A stretch of 64,000 bases of DNA from an uncultured Muribaculum sp. (GTDB taxonomy: Bacteria > Bacteroidota > Bacteroidia > Bacteroidales > Muribaculaceae). A model generated the notes under the pieces. The model saw only the letters and a list, made by a program, of their open reading frames with translations. It was not told the DNA's origin and did no database searches. This document shows positions 46,825-56,931 of this stretch, one piece after another; position 1 is the first letter of the stretch, and each line of letters starts with the position of its first letter. Location of the stretch: positions 343 through 64,342 of the forward strand of contig CAZELD010000001.1 of NCBI GenBank assembly GCA_964512855.1, in the 5' to 3' direction. The position numbers and the translations under genes are program-made.

Positions 46825-47437
46825 AGCCTTGCTCTTTCAGCCAATCGATAGCTCTCGGCAAAGCGTAACGCAGATTGCGTTCTGCTTTGAGGGAATCGTG
46901 GAATACAATTATAGAGCCTTTTCTGACAAACCGCTTCACATTTTTAAGTACTTCTTCGCCGGTGAGCTTCGATGAATAATCGCGGGTAACCAAGTCATAC
47001 ATCACGATGTTGAAATGCTCTTTGATAATCTTGGCTTGCCCCCAACGCATAAGGCCGTGAGGCGGACGATATAAGGAGCTGTCGATGATGTCGTCAGCGC
47101 TCATTATATTGCGCAGGTACACTCTCGATCTCTCCTTAAACCCCAGAAGATGATTCATTGTGTGGTTGCCCCAACTGTGGCCGCGCCGCTTTATCTCCTC
47201 AAGCAGTTGCGGGTTGCGTTTCACATTGTCGCCCACAAGGAAGAAAGTGGCTTTTATCTTGTAATAGTCCAGCAAGTCCAAAACCCAAGGCGTCACCTCG
47301 GGTATCGGACCGTCGTCGAATGTAAGGTATACCACCTTTTGCTTTTTACGCTTTATGCGCCATATTGCTTCCGGGAATAGGATGCGGTAGAGCAACGGCG
47401 GTTGTTCGATAAATTTCAAATGGGGCCACTTCATCAC
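46799..47437 (-). CDS. polysaccharide deacetylase (CE4 / NodB homology)
   Basis: LTFDDGP and HSWGNHTMNH motifs. Confidence 0.85.
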   Translation of the reverse strand: MMKWPHLKFIEQPPLLYRILFPEAIWRIKRKKQKVVYLTFDDGPIPEVTPWVLDLLDYYKIKATFFLVGDNVKRNPQLLEEIKRRGHSWGNHTMNHLLGFKERSRVYLRNIMSADDIIDSSLYRPPHGLMRWGQAKIIKEHFNIVMYDLVTRDYSSKLTGEEVLKNVKRFVRKGSIIVFHDSLKAERNLRYALPRAIDWLKEQGYEFAPIPM

Positions 47438-50400
47438 TGCTTGTTCTGGGTTCCGGGGAAATATCTTGAGAAGTTCACACCTTCACTTTGCAGATTCTTC
47501 ATAAGTTCTTGAATGTCGCCCCCAAGTTCTGCGTATGTATGCAACAATGAGATGAAGTATGTGTCGTAGATATATCGGTCGGTGATTGTCAATGTCGACA
47601 ACTGTGCCGGAGTAAGGCTCTGGAAATATATTACATATTGCTTGTACCTATTAATGTCGTCAGTGAGCATCTCCATGGCTTTCTCTTGATTCGCGGCATC
47701 GCCGGTGACATCGGCAAGGCGGGAGTATATGTTGGCGATTTGTGTTCCCATTGTGGGGGGGCTGAGAGGTGCTACGTATAGCGGCAGTTTTTCCATCATC
47801 AGGTCGATGACCTCCTGCGCTTTGGCGTAACGATCCTTAATCATCGCCTTAATCTCGGCTTTCTTGGCGTCATCTATCGACGCGCTGTCCTTTTCAAGAG
47901 CCATCTCCATCACCACACCCTCATTGTAGAGAGCGGTTGTGAGGTCGAGCATTGAGCTGCGGGTAGTATTTACCATGCGTCGAATGGTTTCGTCAAGGTA
48001 TATGTCGTCGGCCGATTCTGTTTTGTCAATGCCGCCCCAACGGAACTTGTTCACGATATTATCGTAAGCCCGTTCGGTGTCGACTGCGATGTGGTAATCG
48101 TCGTAATCCTTATTGAGGAACGGCGTAATCTCGTTAGCCATACCTGTAGAACGCATATACTTCGACAGATTCAGATAATAGCTGTCGGGCACAGTCATGG
48201 CGAAATATATGGGGCGCTCCCAACCTTTAGCGGCGTTGGTGGCGAGCATATCGAGAGCTATTACGTTGCTGAGTCGTAATCCGCCTTCCGGCTCCTCACG
48301 CTGGTCGGCGTCAATGTATTCCTCGACAGCCGGGAGTTCCGCAGGAGTGATTCTGCCGGTTTTCAACATGGCCTCTTTGTCGATGGGAATATACATATTC
48401 GGATATTTGACTTCATATAACCCCCAGTCGTTCTTTTTGGCGTCGTCGGAATAAAGGGCTTTCAGAGCCGACATAACACTGACTTTTGTGGTGTCGGGGG
48501 TAAGGAAGTAGTTAAATTGACGCTTGTCGTGGGCGTACACATCGGATGTCGCAAGCATATCGATAGCGTCGGCGTCGTAGGCGGGGAGTTTCTGTTGGTC
48601 GACATACCAGTCGGTAGTCAGATACGACATATTCACCACCCTCACGTCGGTGCGGTAACCTTCAACCTCTTGCGCATACCACAAGGGGAAAGTGTCGTTG
48701 TCGCCATTGGTGAAGATTATTGCGTTCGGTTCGAGGCTTGACAAGTAGTTCATACCGAAGTCTCGGGTCGTGTAGCGGTCAGATCGATCGTGGTCATCCC
48801 ATGTCTGAGAAACCATTTGCAGCGGCACAAGCACACCGATTACGGCGGCTATGACCGCAGCGATATTCGACATTTTGCCATCTGATTTTTTCTTTTTATC
48901 AACATACATCTTAATCAGATGCCATATTCCGGCTACGCCCATGCCGACCCATATAGCGAACGCGTAGAACGAACCGGCAAACGCGTAATCACGCTCACGC
49001 GGCTGATTGGGTGTCTGGTTAAGATAAAGCACGATGGCGATACCGGTCATGAAGAATAGGAACGCCACAACCCAGAATTGCTCTATGCCTCGTTTTGACA
49101 CAAACGACTGCCAGAGTAAACCGATTATTCCGAGTATAAGAGGAAGCATAAAGAACACGTTGTGTCCTTTGTTGTCTTTGCCCAAATCATCGGGGAGCAA
49201 CGACTGATCGCCGAGACGCGCGTTGTCAATGAACGGAATTCCTGATATCCAGTTGCCGTGAGTCACTTCGCCGTTGCCTTGAATATCGTTTTGACGACCA
49301 ACGAAATTCCACATGAAATATCGCCAATACATGTGGTTGAGCTGATAGTTGAAGAAGAATCGCAGATTTTCAAGGAACGTGGGCTTGATTTTTGTGGTGG
49401 TTCCTGCCGGATACACGCTTCCGTCGGTGTTGCGGTAGGGGCTTACCTGCACAGGTGTTCCGGTCATTCCGGTCCACTCTTTGTATTGGGTTGCGAATTT
49501 GCCGTCATACATTCGCGGGAAGAGCATATTAAGCTCCGGATTCATCTCATATTCGGTCTTGTTGCCGATCACTTCATAGCGGTCGGGCTGATCGGGAGAT
49601 GTTTTCACCGTCTTGCCGTAGAGCGTTTTACCCGCTTTTTTCACGGCTTGCGGACGTCCCTGCGCGTCTACTTGATAAACGATTCCCGAGTTGAACGTCT
49701 GTCCGTAGAACAATGGGCGGTCGCCATACTGCTCACGGTTTAGATAGGAACTGAGCGCGAACACATTGTCGGGCGCGTTTTGGTTCATTGGTGTGTGTGC
49801 CGATGAGCGAATGAGCAGCAACGCGTATGATGAATATCCGATAAATATGACAAATATGCTTAATATCACTACATTAAGTATTCTTACCGGCACACGCTTC
49901 ATGATCTTGAACAGGTAGAAACACAATGCGGCTATAAATATTACCGGAATCCACAGATTGTCACCTATGAACGGAATCCCTGACAGCACGATGGTGAGCA
50001 ATGAGGAGATTTTTATCATAAAAGCGCTGCGTTGGCGGTAAAGCTCGCTGATAGCCCATCCCATAACGCCAAGTAAAATGACGGTGTAGATCAATGTTCC
50101 CGAGTTATAGCTCATTCCGAACGTATTCACGCAAAGCAACTCAAAATATTGAGCTATTTCAATGAATCCGGGAACAAGGCCGTAAAGAATTAGACCTACG
50201 ATGACAAATGACACCGCAAGGGCGAGCAGTGAGCCTTTGGCGTTGGGGTTTGAGAATTTCTTATAATAGAATACAAGAACAATCGCAGGAATACACAGCA
50301 AGTTGAGCAAGTGGACTGCGATCGAGATGCCGATTACGTAGGATATCAGGACAAGATAACGGTCGCTGTGCGGCATATCTGCCCGATTTTCCCATTTTAG

Positions 50401-50886
50401 GATGAGCCAGAACACTAACGCAGTGCAGAATGATGAGAATGCGTAGACTTCACCTTCCACAGCCGAGAACCAAAATGTGTCGCTCCAAGTGTAAACCAAT
50501 GAGCCGCATATACCTGAGCCGAAGATGACGATCATCTGTGCCAATGATAATTCGGTCGCGTCGTCGGCTACTACAAGGCGTTTCACGAGGTGCGTGACAG
50601 TCCAAAAGAGAAGCAATATTGTGCCCGCGCTCAATAGAGCCGACATTGTGTTGACGGCCAGAGCCACATGAGCCGCATCAGGGGCGAAATTGACGAAGAA
50701 ACGAGCGGCAAGCATGAAAATCGGGTTTCCCGGCGGATGGCCTATTTCCAATTTGTAACCCTGAGAGATGAATTCGGGGCAATCCCAGAAGCTGGCGGTA
50801 GGCTCGAGCGTGAGCAGATAGGTCACCGCTGCGATGACAAACATCAGCCAGCCGAGCGAATTGTTTATAATGCGATATTTTTTCAT
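47434..50886 (-). CDS. DUF2723-family polytopic membrane protein (GT-C-like putative glycosyltransferase)
   Basis: N-terminal EPTASFWDCPEFISQGYKLEIGHPPGNPIF motif, more than 10 TM helices, and a ~450-aa C-terminal soluble helical domain. Confidence 0.8.
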   Translation of the reverse strand: MKKYRIINNSLGWLMFVIAAVTYLLTLEPTASFWDCPEFISQGYKLEIGHPPGNPIFMLAARFFVNFAPDAAHVALAVNTMSALLSAGTILLLFWTVTHLVKRLVVADDATELSLAQMIVIFGSGICGSLVYTWSDTFWFSAVEGEVYAFSSFCTALVFWLILKWENRADMPHSDRYLVLISYVIGISIAVHLLNLLCIPAIVLVFYYKKFSNPNAKGSLLALAVSFVIVGLILYGLVPGFIEIAQYFELLCVNTFGMSYNSGTLIYTVILLGVMGWAISELYRQRSAFMIKISSLLTIVLSGIPFIGDNLWIPVIFIAALCFYLFKIMKRVPVRILNVVILSIFVIFIGYSSYALLLIRSSAHTPMNQNAPDNVFALSSYLNREQYGDRPLFYGQTFNSGIVYQVDAQGRPQAVKKAGKTLYGKTVKTSPDQPDRYEVIGNKTEYEMNPELNMLFPRMYDGKFATQYKEWTGMTGTPVQVSPYRNTDGSVYPAGTTTKIKPTFLENLRFFFNYQLNHMYWRYFMWNFVGRQNDIQGNGEVTHGNWISGIPFIDNARLGDQSLLPDDLGKDNKGHNVFFMLPLILGIIGLLWQSFVSKRGIEQFWVVAFLFFMTGIAIVLYLNQTPNQPRERDYAFAGSFYAFAIWVGMGVAGIWHLIKMYVDKKKKSDGKMSNIAAVIAAVIGVLVPLQMVSQTWDDHDRSDRYTTRDFGMNYLSSLEPNAIIFTNGDNDTFPLWYAQEVEGYRTDVRVVNMSYLTTDWYVDQQKLPAYDADAIDMLATSDVYAHDKRQFNYFLTPDTTKVSVMSALKALYSDDAKKNDWGLYEVKYPNMYIPIDKEAMLKTGRITPAELPAVEEYIDADQREEPEGGLRLSNVIALDMLATNAAKGWERPIYFAMTVPDSYYLNLSKYMRSTGMANEITPFLNKDYDDYHIAVDTERAYDNIVNKFRWGGIDKTESADDIYLDETIRRMVNTTRSSMLDLTTALYNEGVVMEMALEKDSASIDDAKKAEIKAMIKDRYAKAQEVIDLMMEKLPLYVAPLSPPTMGTQIANIYSRLADVTGDAANQEKAMEMLTDDINRYKQYVIYFQSLTPAQLSTLTITDRYIYDTYFISLLHTYAELGGDIQELMKNLQSEGVNFSRYFPGTQNKQ

Positions 50887-50901
50887 CTATATGACTTGTG
50901 T

Positions 50902-51711
50902 TTATTCAAATTTCCATGTTATGATTCCCACTTGTTCGGCAGGAGCTTCAAGGCTCACTGAGAACCGGGAGTTACGCGACGCTTCGATGCAACTTTGCCT
51001 TACCGCCGCGCTTGATGCCGCAGGAGCTGTTCCACCCACAATCTCGGGGTTTCCCACCACATAACCTTGTCGGTTGACCCGTACCTTTACTTGGACAGAG
51101 CCTGACACAGTGCTTTTAGGGCGCCCCCACGATTGTGCCGTGCGGCCTTTAAGGGTGTGTCCCGGCGCGCCTGACAATGCTCCTGTTGAGGCATTTCCGT
51201 TTTCCGAGCCCGGATTTCCCGAGCCTTTATTGCTGCTGCTGAACCCGGATTTCATCCGATTTTTTATTTTGGCTTGTTTCTCTGCTTCTTCTTTTTGGCG
51301 TTTTATGCGTTGCTGTTCAGCGATCTCCTCCTTTGTCGGGCCTGTTTTTTCAGGCGTCGCTTTCTTGTCGACTGCCATGGTCGATTCTGTTTCAGTCGAC
51401 ACAAGTTGCTCGGCTGCATCCGCTTTTATGCCTGCGTCGGCCATATCTGTGCCCTCAACGCCGGGATTTTCAGGCGCTGATTCAGGCGCCGGGGATGAAT
51501 TTTCTCGATTGGAGGGGAGTGGCATATCGCCAAGGCTCACATATTCTCCACCGAACACGATCTCGCTTGAATCGACCGGAGGCCATGTGCGCTCTTCCAA
51601 CATAGCCGGATCAACCTTATAATAGAGCATGGTAAGTCCGAACAGCAAGAGAACTGCTATTACGACCGTGGAGATGCTTGCTATTATATGGTCTTTCTGC
51701 GATTGGGTCAT
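50902..51711 (-). CDS. tonB: energy transducer TonB
   Basis: N-terminal TM anchor, an E/K- and P/G-rich linker, and a C-terminal TonB-type domain (GSVQVKVRVNRQGYVV...GIITWKFE). Follows exbD with a 4-nt overlap. Confidence 0.75.
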   Translation of the reverse strand: MTQSQKDHIIASISTVVIAVLLLFGLTMLYYKVDPAMLEERTWPPVDSSEIVFGGEYVSLGDMPLPSNRENSSPAPESAPENPGVEGTDMADAGIKADAAEQLVSTETESTMAVDKKATPEKTGPTKEEIAEQQRIKRQKEEAEKQAKIKNRMKSGFSSSNKGSGNPGSENGNASTGALSGAPGHTLKGRTAQSWGRPKSTVSGSVQVKVRVNRQGYVVGNPEIVGGTAPAASSAAVRQSCIEASRNSRFSVSLEAPAEQVGIITWKFE

Positions 51712-52154
51712 AGAGATTGCTGTGGTTTGGCAACCGAAGTTTGAGCCGGTTTTGTGGCGAGCACCATTTTCAGATTGTTGCGGGAGCCCATGTCGAGCAC
51801 CTCCACAATTTTTCCGTAAGGCACCTCCTCGTCGGCATATATTGCGATAAAACCTTCGGGTTCATTCTGCTGCGCGAGACGAAGAAACGCTAACAGCGCG
51901 TCGCCCTGTATGGGGGTTGGTTCTTCATCGCCGAATGACGCAAACAGATTGCTATCCTTGTCGATATATACTCGTGTGCCCGGTTTAAGGGCCGTCTGTA
52001 CCGAGCTTTGAGGCAGATTCACTTCCAGCGCGGTGGGAAACACGAATGTCGAAGTTATCATGAAAAAGATGAGCAACAGGAATATGACATCGGTCATTGA
52101 TGCCATTGAAAACATTGCCATCATGTCATGTGGGCGTCGTAAAGCCATCGTCAA
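51708..52154 (-). CDS. exbD: ExbD/TolR biopolymer transport protein
   Basis: Single N-terminal TM helix (MTDVIFLLLIFFM) plus a periplasmic domain. Confidence 0.88.
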   Translation of the reverse strand: MTMALRRPHDMMAMFSMASMTDVIFLLLIFFMITSTFVFPTALEVNLPQSSVQTALKPGTRVYIDKDSNLFASFGDEEPTPIQGDALLAFLRLAQQNEPEGFIAIYADEEVPYGKIVEVLDMGSRNNLKMVLATKPAQTSVAKPQQSL

Positions 52155-52160
52155 TCAGTA

Positions 52161-52886
52161 TTAAGCCGGCTCATTGAGCAGATCCATAAATTCCATAGTT
52201 TTTCCCTCAAGGAGTTTCATAACGCCATTGATGCGTGCCACAAGAGCATTGTAAGCGAACAGGGCGATGATGCCTACCGTAAGACCGGCTACCGTTGTCA
52301 CGAGAGCTTCGTAAATGCCTCCTGCGAGAACGGTTACATTTGCCGATGAACCGGCATTGGCGAGAGCGAAGAACGCCTCTACCATACCGACAACAGTGCC
52401 GAGGAACCCGAGCATTGGCGCTCCTGCCGCTGTCGTTGCGAGCCAAGGCAATCCTTTGCCGAGATCGGCGATTTCAAGGTTGCCGGTATTTTCAATTGCC
52501 ACCAGCACGTCGTTCATCGGGCGTCCTATGCGGGTGATTCCTTTTAGAATCAATCGGCTGTAAGGCGTGTCGGTCTTTTTGCAAAGATTTTTCGCGCTTT
52601 CAATCTCGCCTTCATGAATGTAATCCTTGATGCGTTTCATGAATGACGCATCCTGTTTGTCGGCGCGAGAGATCACTATGTAACGCTCGATGAAGATGTA
52701 AATGCAAATTAATAGTAGGAGAGCCAGCGGAATCATGATGAAACCGCCTTTTATGCATAGTTCCCACACCGACAATTCCACCGGCTGTGTTGTTGCGGCG
52801 GCAGTTGTTATTTCATTTTCCATCACAGCGACAGTATCGGTCAATGACTCTATTGTCTGGGCGGAGATCATGTTTAACAGTGACAT
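52161..52886 (-). CDS. exbB: MotA/TolQ/ExbB proton channel
   Basis: Three TM helices, GLPWLATTAAGAPMLGFLGTVVGM. Confidence 0.9.
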   Translation of the reverse strand: MSLLNMISAQTIESLTDTVAVMENEITTAAATTQPVELSVWELCIKGGFIMIPLALLLLICIYIFIERYIVISRADKQDASFMKRIKDYIHEGEIESAKNLCKKTDTPYSRLILKGITRIGRPMNDVLVAIENTGNLEIADLGKGLPWLATTAAGAPMLGFLGTVVGMVEAFFALANAGSSANVTVLAGGIYEALVTTVAGLTVGIIALFAYNALVARINGVMKLLEGKTMEFMDLLNEPA

Positions 52887-52914
52887 AATTGTGATTAATG
52901 ATAGATTATAAATA

Positions 52915-53631
52915 TCAGGCGAGACACTCTTTATACTGCCTTATCGTCTCCTTTAATCCGAGGTATAGCGCGTCGGCGATTAATGCGTGTCCTATCGACA
53001 CTTCGTTGAGATAGGGCATATTGGCATGAAAATATTTCAAATTTTCAAGGTTGAGGTCATGCCCGGCGTTAACCCCTATTCCTGCATTGTGAGCGGCGCG
53101 GCTCGCACGTATATACGGCTCGATGGCAGCTTCGGGATTACGGCTGTAATTATCGGCGTAGGGCTTTGTGTAAAGTTCCACTCTGTCAGCTCCGGTCGAT
53201 GCGGCAAGCTTGACCGCTTCATCGTCGGGGTCAACGAATATTGACGTTCTTATGCCGGCTTCTTTGAAGCGGTCGACAATCTCCGACAAGAACGCATGGT
53301 TGGCTTTCACGTCCCATCCGGCGCATGAGGTGATAGCATCTGGCGCGTCGGGGACTAAAGTTACCTGTTCGGGTTTTACTTTAAGCACAAGGTCGATGAA
53401 CTCAGGACTGGGATACCCCTCGATATTAAACTCAGTTTTTACAAGCGGACGCAGCGCGAAAACATCGGAATGGCGTATGTGGCGCTCATCGGGGCGGGGA
53501 TGAATGGTGATTCCGTTGGCTCCGAACGCCTCACAATCCACTGCAACGTGTTCGACGTTGGGGACATTTTCGCCACGCGCGTTACGCAATGTCGCTATCT
53601 TATTAATGTTAACACTTAAATTTGTCATCAT
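52915..53631 (-). CDS. pdxJ: pyridoxine 5'-phosphate synthase
   Basis: [29 protein letters not shown] and AGHDLN motifs. I chose ATG 53631 because the TTG at 53643 lies inside the -7 box. Confidence 0.93.
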   Translation of the reverse strand: MMTNLSVNINKIATLRNARGENVPNVEHVAVDCEAFGANGITIHPRPDERHIRHSDVFALRPLVKTEFNIEGYPSPEFIDLVLKVKPEQVTLVPDAPDAITSCAGWDVKANHAFLSEIVDRFKEAGIRTSIFVDPDDEAVKLAASTGADRVELYTKPYADNYSRNPEAAIEPYIRASRAAHNAGIGVNAGHDLNLENLKYFHANMPYLNEVSIGHALIADALYLGLKETIRQYKECLA

Positions 53632-53640
53632 TAAAAAACT

Positions 53641-53648
53641 CAAATTTA
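53641..53648 (-). promoter_or_regulatory. -7 promoter box (TAAATTTG on minus strand)
   Basis: TAnnTTTG, 9 nt upstream of the pdxJ ATG. Confidence 0.45.
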
Positions 53649-53703
53649 GATTCTAAATTGTTGTTATAATGTAAATGTTACAGATAATATCGCAAAAAAT
53701 GCC

Positions 53704-53711
53704 TATATTTG
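53704..53711 (+). promoter_or_regulatory. -7 promoter box TATATTTG
   Basis: TAnnTTTG, 61 nt upstream of the TTG at 53773. Confidence 0.5.
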
Positions 53712-53772
53712 TAACCATATACAACAAATGCAACTGCAAAAGTAATCAGAAATAATAAAACAACGAAAAGTT

Positions 53773-54312
53773 TTGACAGCAAAAGATGCCATTTTCACGC
53801 AAAATACTCAATTGAACTCACCGCAAGATGATAAAAAGGCTTTTCGCGGGCAAAAAAAGCCCGTTAACGCCTCAGCTCCCTTGACGATGGTTTTGGAACG
53901 TATGGCGTCGGGCGAGGATGTTGTGACTGTGATAGATGATGTGACTGAAGCGCCGATCGGCGTAATCGATAAGGATGCGATGATAAAAGCTGTTGCCGGA
54001 TTATTCCCTCAGCTTGACGAGAGCGCGGAGCTGACAATCACTTGTCCTCCCAGCCAATATAGCGCCTCGGCGATAGCCCATGCGGTTGAAGACGCTGACG
54101 CCCACCTCTTGAACTTGAATGTGACTGCCGGCACAGAGCCTGACAGCCTCACCACGGTCATGCTTAGGGTGAACCACAGTCGAGGTGAATCGGTGGCCAA
54201 GTCGCTCGCACGCTATGGATATGAAACAATTGAAATTGCGACTCCCGGTGGGATGCCTGCAAGTGAGATGATGGAGCGGGCGAGGGAATTTATGCGTTAT
54301 TTGGATATTTAA
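53773..54312 (+). CDS. hypothetical protein (CBS-like N-terminal segment, ACT-like C-terminal segment; by eye)
   Basis: 179-aa ORF with a TTG start (first in-frame ATG at 53887), 20 nt upstream of nadK. Domain guesses are weak. Confidence 0.45.
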   Translation: MTAKDAIFTQNTQLNSPQDDKKAFRGQKKPVNASAPLTMVLERMASGEDVVTVIDDVTEAPIGVIDKDAMIKAVAGLFPQLDESAELTITCPPSQYSASAIAHAVEDADAHLLNLNVTAGTEPDSLTTVMLRVNHSRGESVAKSLARYGYETIEIATPGGMPASEMMERAREFMRYLDI

Positions 54313-54332
54313 ATGAGTTTTTAATTCGTATT

Positions 54333-55202
54333 ATGAGAATCGCAGTATTCGGCAACACATATCAGGAGCGGTACATTGACGGGATTGACAAATTGTTCAA
54401 AATCTTGTCGCAAAGAAATGTTTGTGTGGCGATGGAAGCGTCGTTCTACGAATATTTGGCGCGTTCTTTACCCGAGCCTCCGGAGGTGAACGAAATAATA
54501 AAAGATCAAGATTTTGACGCCGCTTTGGCGATGAGTATCGGCGGCGACGGCACTTTTCTTCATACCGCTCAATGGATTGGCGCGAAAGAGATACCTATAT
54601 TGGGTATAAATACCGGACATCTTGGGTATCTTGCCGATGCGTCGATTGAAAATCTTGAATCGTCGCTCGACGACATTTTCTCCGGACATTACCGTATAGA
54701 ACCGCGCTCTATGATTGAGGTGACAAGTCCGGACTCTGATATGTCGCATCCTCTGTATGCGTTGAATGAGGTGGCGATAATGAAAAACGACACATCTTCC
54801 ATGGTTGATATGTATGCGTTGATTGACGGGGTGAAAGTCGCCAATTATCGCGCCGATGGGTTGATTATATCCACCCCTACCGGTTCTACGGGTTATAATC
54901 TGTCGGTTGGCGGTCCTATAGTAGAACCGCACGCTCCCGTGTGGATCATATCGCCTATTGCGGCTCACTCGCTCACCATGCGTCCGCTCGTTGTGAGCGA
55001 CACGGGTGTTGTGTCGGTCACAACCCGTTCCCGAAGTGAATCTTATCGTATCAGCCTTGACGGTAGATCTTTTTCTATGGCAGAGGGCACGACTGTGGTT
55101 ATGCGGCGGGCGCCGTTTGTGACAAAAGTCGTCCAGTGCAGCGGGCATCAGTTTATTGAAACATTGAGATCCAAACTGTTATGGGGAGTAGACAAGCGGT
55201 GA
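54333..55202 (+). CDS. nadK: NAD kinase
   Basis: GGDGTFL, NEV and TPTGSTGYNLSVGGP motifs. Confidence 0.92.
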   Translation: MRIAVFGNTYQERYIDGIDKLFKILSQRNVCVAMEASFYEYLARSLPEPPEVNEIIKDQDFDAALAMSIGGDGTFLHTAQWIGAKEIPILGINTGHLGYLADASIENLESSLDDIFSGHYRIEPRSMIEVTSPDSDMSHPLYALNEVAIMKNDTSSMVDMYALIDGVKVANYRADGLIISTPTGSTGYNLSVGGPIVEPHAPVWIISPIAAHSLTMRPLVVSDTGVVSVTTRSRSESYRISLDGRSFSMAEGTTVVMRRAPFVTKVVQCSGHQFIETLRSKLLWGVDKR

Positions 55203-55897
55203 AACGGCTTCATCCTAAAATTGGGATGATTGAGCTTACTTTCCGTAAAAATACATCAAAAATAAGCGCCCGTTGGAAAAACGGTGTCGCAGTCTTTATT
55301 TTCCCTGAAGCGATTGACAGGCACGCTGTTGTCTCTTGTGTTGACCGAATGGCTGATTCTATTATTGCTCGGAAGCCGGAAGTGGCATTTTATGAAAATC
55401 AATCGATAGAAGCGCCGGGATTCACATTCTTGATAAGCAGGCAGTCCCATCAACCGCACAATGTGTGGGGCACCGTCAAAGACCGCAAAGCCTATATCGA
55501 AGTGGGAACGCTTCTTGACTTTGACAGCCTGAACGTGAAGCAAGGCATATCCCGCATCATCTGCAACATAGCCCGCGATGTCGCTGCCGACATACTGCTG
55601 CCCGAAGCCAAAACTATTGCCGCCGAACTCGGAGTGTCGCCTCGCTCATGGGCGATAATGAACGGATTCAAGACTTTGGGTAAATGTTCGTCACGAGGGG
55701 ATATACATTTGAGTTATATGAATCTGTTTCTCCCCTCTGAACTAAGGAATTACATCGTGTGTCATGAACTCGCGCATCTTCGGGAAATGTCACATTCTCC
55801 ACGGTTTCACGCTATATGCGACGCCTATTGCGGAGGACAAGAGAAAGCGTTGATACACAAGCTAAACCACTACTTGTGGCCCGTGCTGCTCCGTTAA
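55181..55897 (+). CDS. M48/YgjP-type (DUF45) zinc metallopeptidase-like protein
   Basis: HELAHLREMSHSPRFH motif. An alternative ATG at 55226 would remove the 22-nt overlap with nadK. Confidence 0.7.
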   Translation: MGSRQAVKRLHPKIGMIELTFRKNTSKISARWKNGVAVFIFPEAIDRHAVVSCVDRMADSIIARKPEVAFYENQSIEAPGFTFLISRQSHQPHNVWGTVKDRKAYIEVGTLLDFDSLNVKQGISRIICNIARDVAADILLPEAKTIAAELGVSPRSWAIMNGFKTLGKCSSRGDIHLSYMNLFLPSELRNYIVCHELAHLREMSHSPRFHAICDAYCGGQEKALIHKLNHYLWPVLLR

Positions 55898-55920
55898 ATT
55901 AGTGGTTGTGCGTCAGGGGG

Positions 55921-56931
55921 TTATTTTACTTCGGGACGGTAGGTGTAATTGTTGCGGAGGCGCTCGAAGTGCGAGGGGTTGTGCTTGAGCGCGACGGTGT
56001 CGGCCAGTGGGGAGTAACTATCTGTTATTGATTGCCATGTGACGCTTTTGGCGGCACCGTAATCGACTGATTCTTTTAGCTTTATAGGTGCAAGATTGAA
56101 GTGTTGACAGAATGAGTTGAGCGACATTTGCGTGGCGCGGATTTTGCCTTCCAAAGAGTATCCGGCAATGTGTGGAGTGGCAATAAACGCACTGTCTAAC
56201 AGGGCTTTAGAAATGTTAGGCTCGTTCTCCCAACAGTCTATTACGGCGGCTTCTATTATATTATCATCGAGTAGGTTGACAATCAGCGAATTATCAATTA
56301 TTCCACCTCGCGCGGCATTGATAATAATGGGGTGTTGGTTGATCAAATATGCCGTGTTGGTTCCCAGTAAATGGTAGGTAGGATGGCTACTTTCGCGCGT
56401 ACAGGTTAATGGTGTGTGAAATGTGATGATGTCACATTTGCGAAGTATGGTTGTAAAATCGCAAAAAGCATTATTGCCCTCGCGCTCGCTTCGGGGAGGA
56501 TCGCAAAGCAGCACTTTGAATCCGAGTTGCCGTGCCCATCGCTCCACAATCTTGCCCACATTGCCCACTCCCACTATGCCTATTGTCAAGTCGGCCGGAT
56601 TGCGTCCATTCAATAGCGCGGCGATGGACGCAAACACGTATTGAGCCACTGCGGGAGCGTTGCACCCCGGCGCATTGGCAACGGTTATGCCATTATTCCG
56701 GCAATAATCCAGATCGATATGGTCAGTGCCGATGGTAGCGGTAGCGATAAATTTACACCTTGATCCTTCGAGCAACGAAGCGTCACATCGGGTGCGGGTG
56801 CGAGTGATAAGCGCATCAGCATCTTTCATCACTTCGCGTGTGATCTCACCCGCACCAAGATAGCTCACATTGGCAACATTGTCAAGACACCCGTGGATAA
56901 AAGGTATATTTTTTTCGATTATGACATTCAT
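55921..56931 (-). CDS. pdxB: 4-phosphoerythronate dehydrogenase
   Basis: D-2-hydroxyacid dehydrogenase fold, NAD site GIVGVGNVGK, N-terminus MNVIIEKNIPF. ATG 56931 overlaps the upstream stop (ATGA). Confidence 0.85.
   Translation of the reverse strand: MNVIIEKNIPFIHGCLDNVANVSYLGAGEITREVMKDADALITRTRTRCDASLLEGSRCKFIATATIGTDHIDLDYCRNNGITVANAPGCNAPAVAQYVFASIAALLNGRNPADLTIGIVGVGNVGKIVERWARQLGFKVLLCDPPRSEREGNNAFCDFTTILRKCDIITFHTPLTCTRESSHPTYHLLGTNTAYLINQHPIIINAARGGIIDNSLIVNLLDDNIIEAAVIDCWENEPNISKALLDSAFIATPHIAGYSLEGKIRATQMSLNSFCQHFNLAPIKLKESVDYGAAKSVTWQSITDSYSPLADTVALKHNPSHFERLRNNYTYRPEVK

Noticed and set aside
51074-51622. 182-aa antisense ORF opposite tonB. Similar long antisense ORFs occur at 54468-55148 (nadK), 25734-26204 (TraB), 41496-42026 (susC), 45324-45896 (susD) and 57876-58616 (purD).
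   Set aside because: Each is opposite a gene with strong family motifs, lacks its own promoter or start context, and has a biased (S/R/C-rich) composition typical of shadow ORFs in G+C-richer genes.
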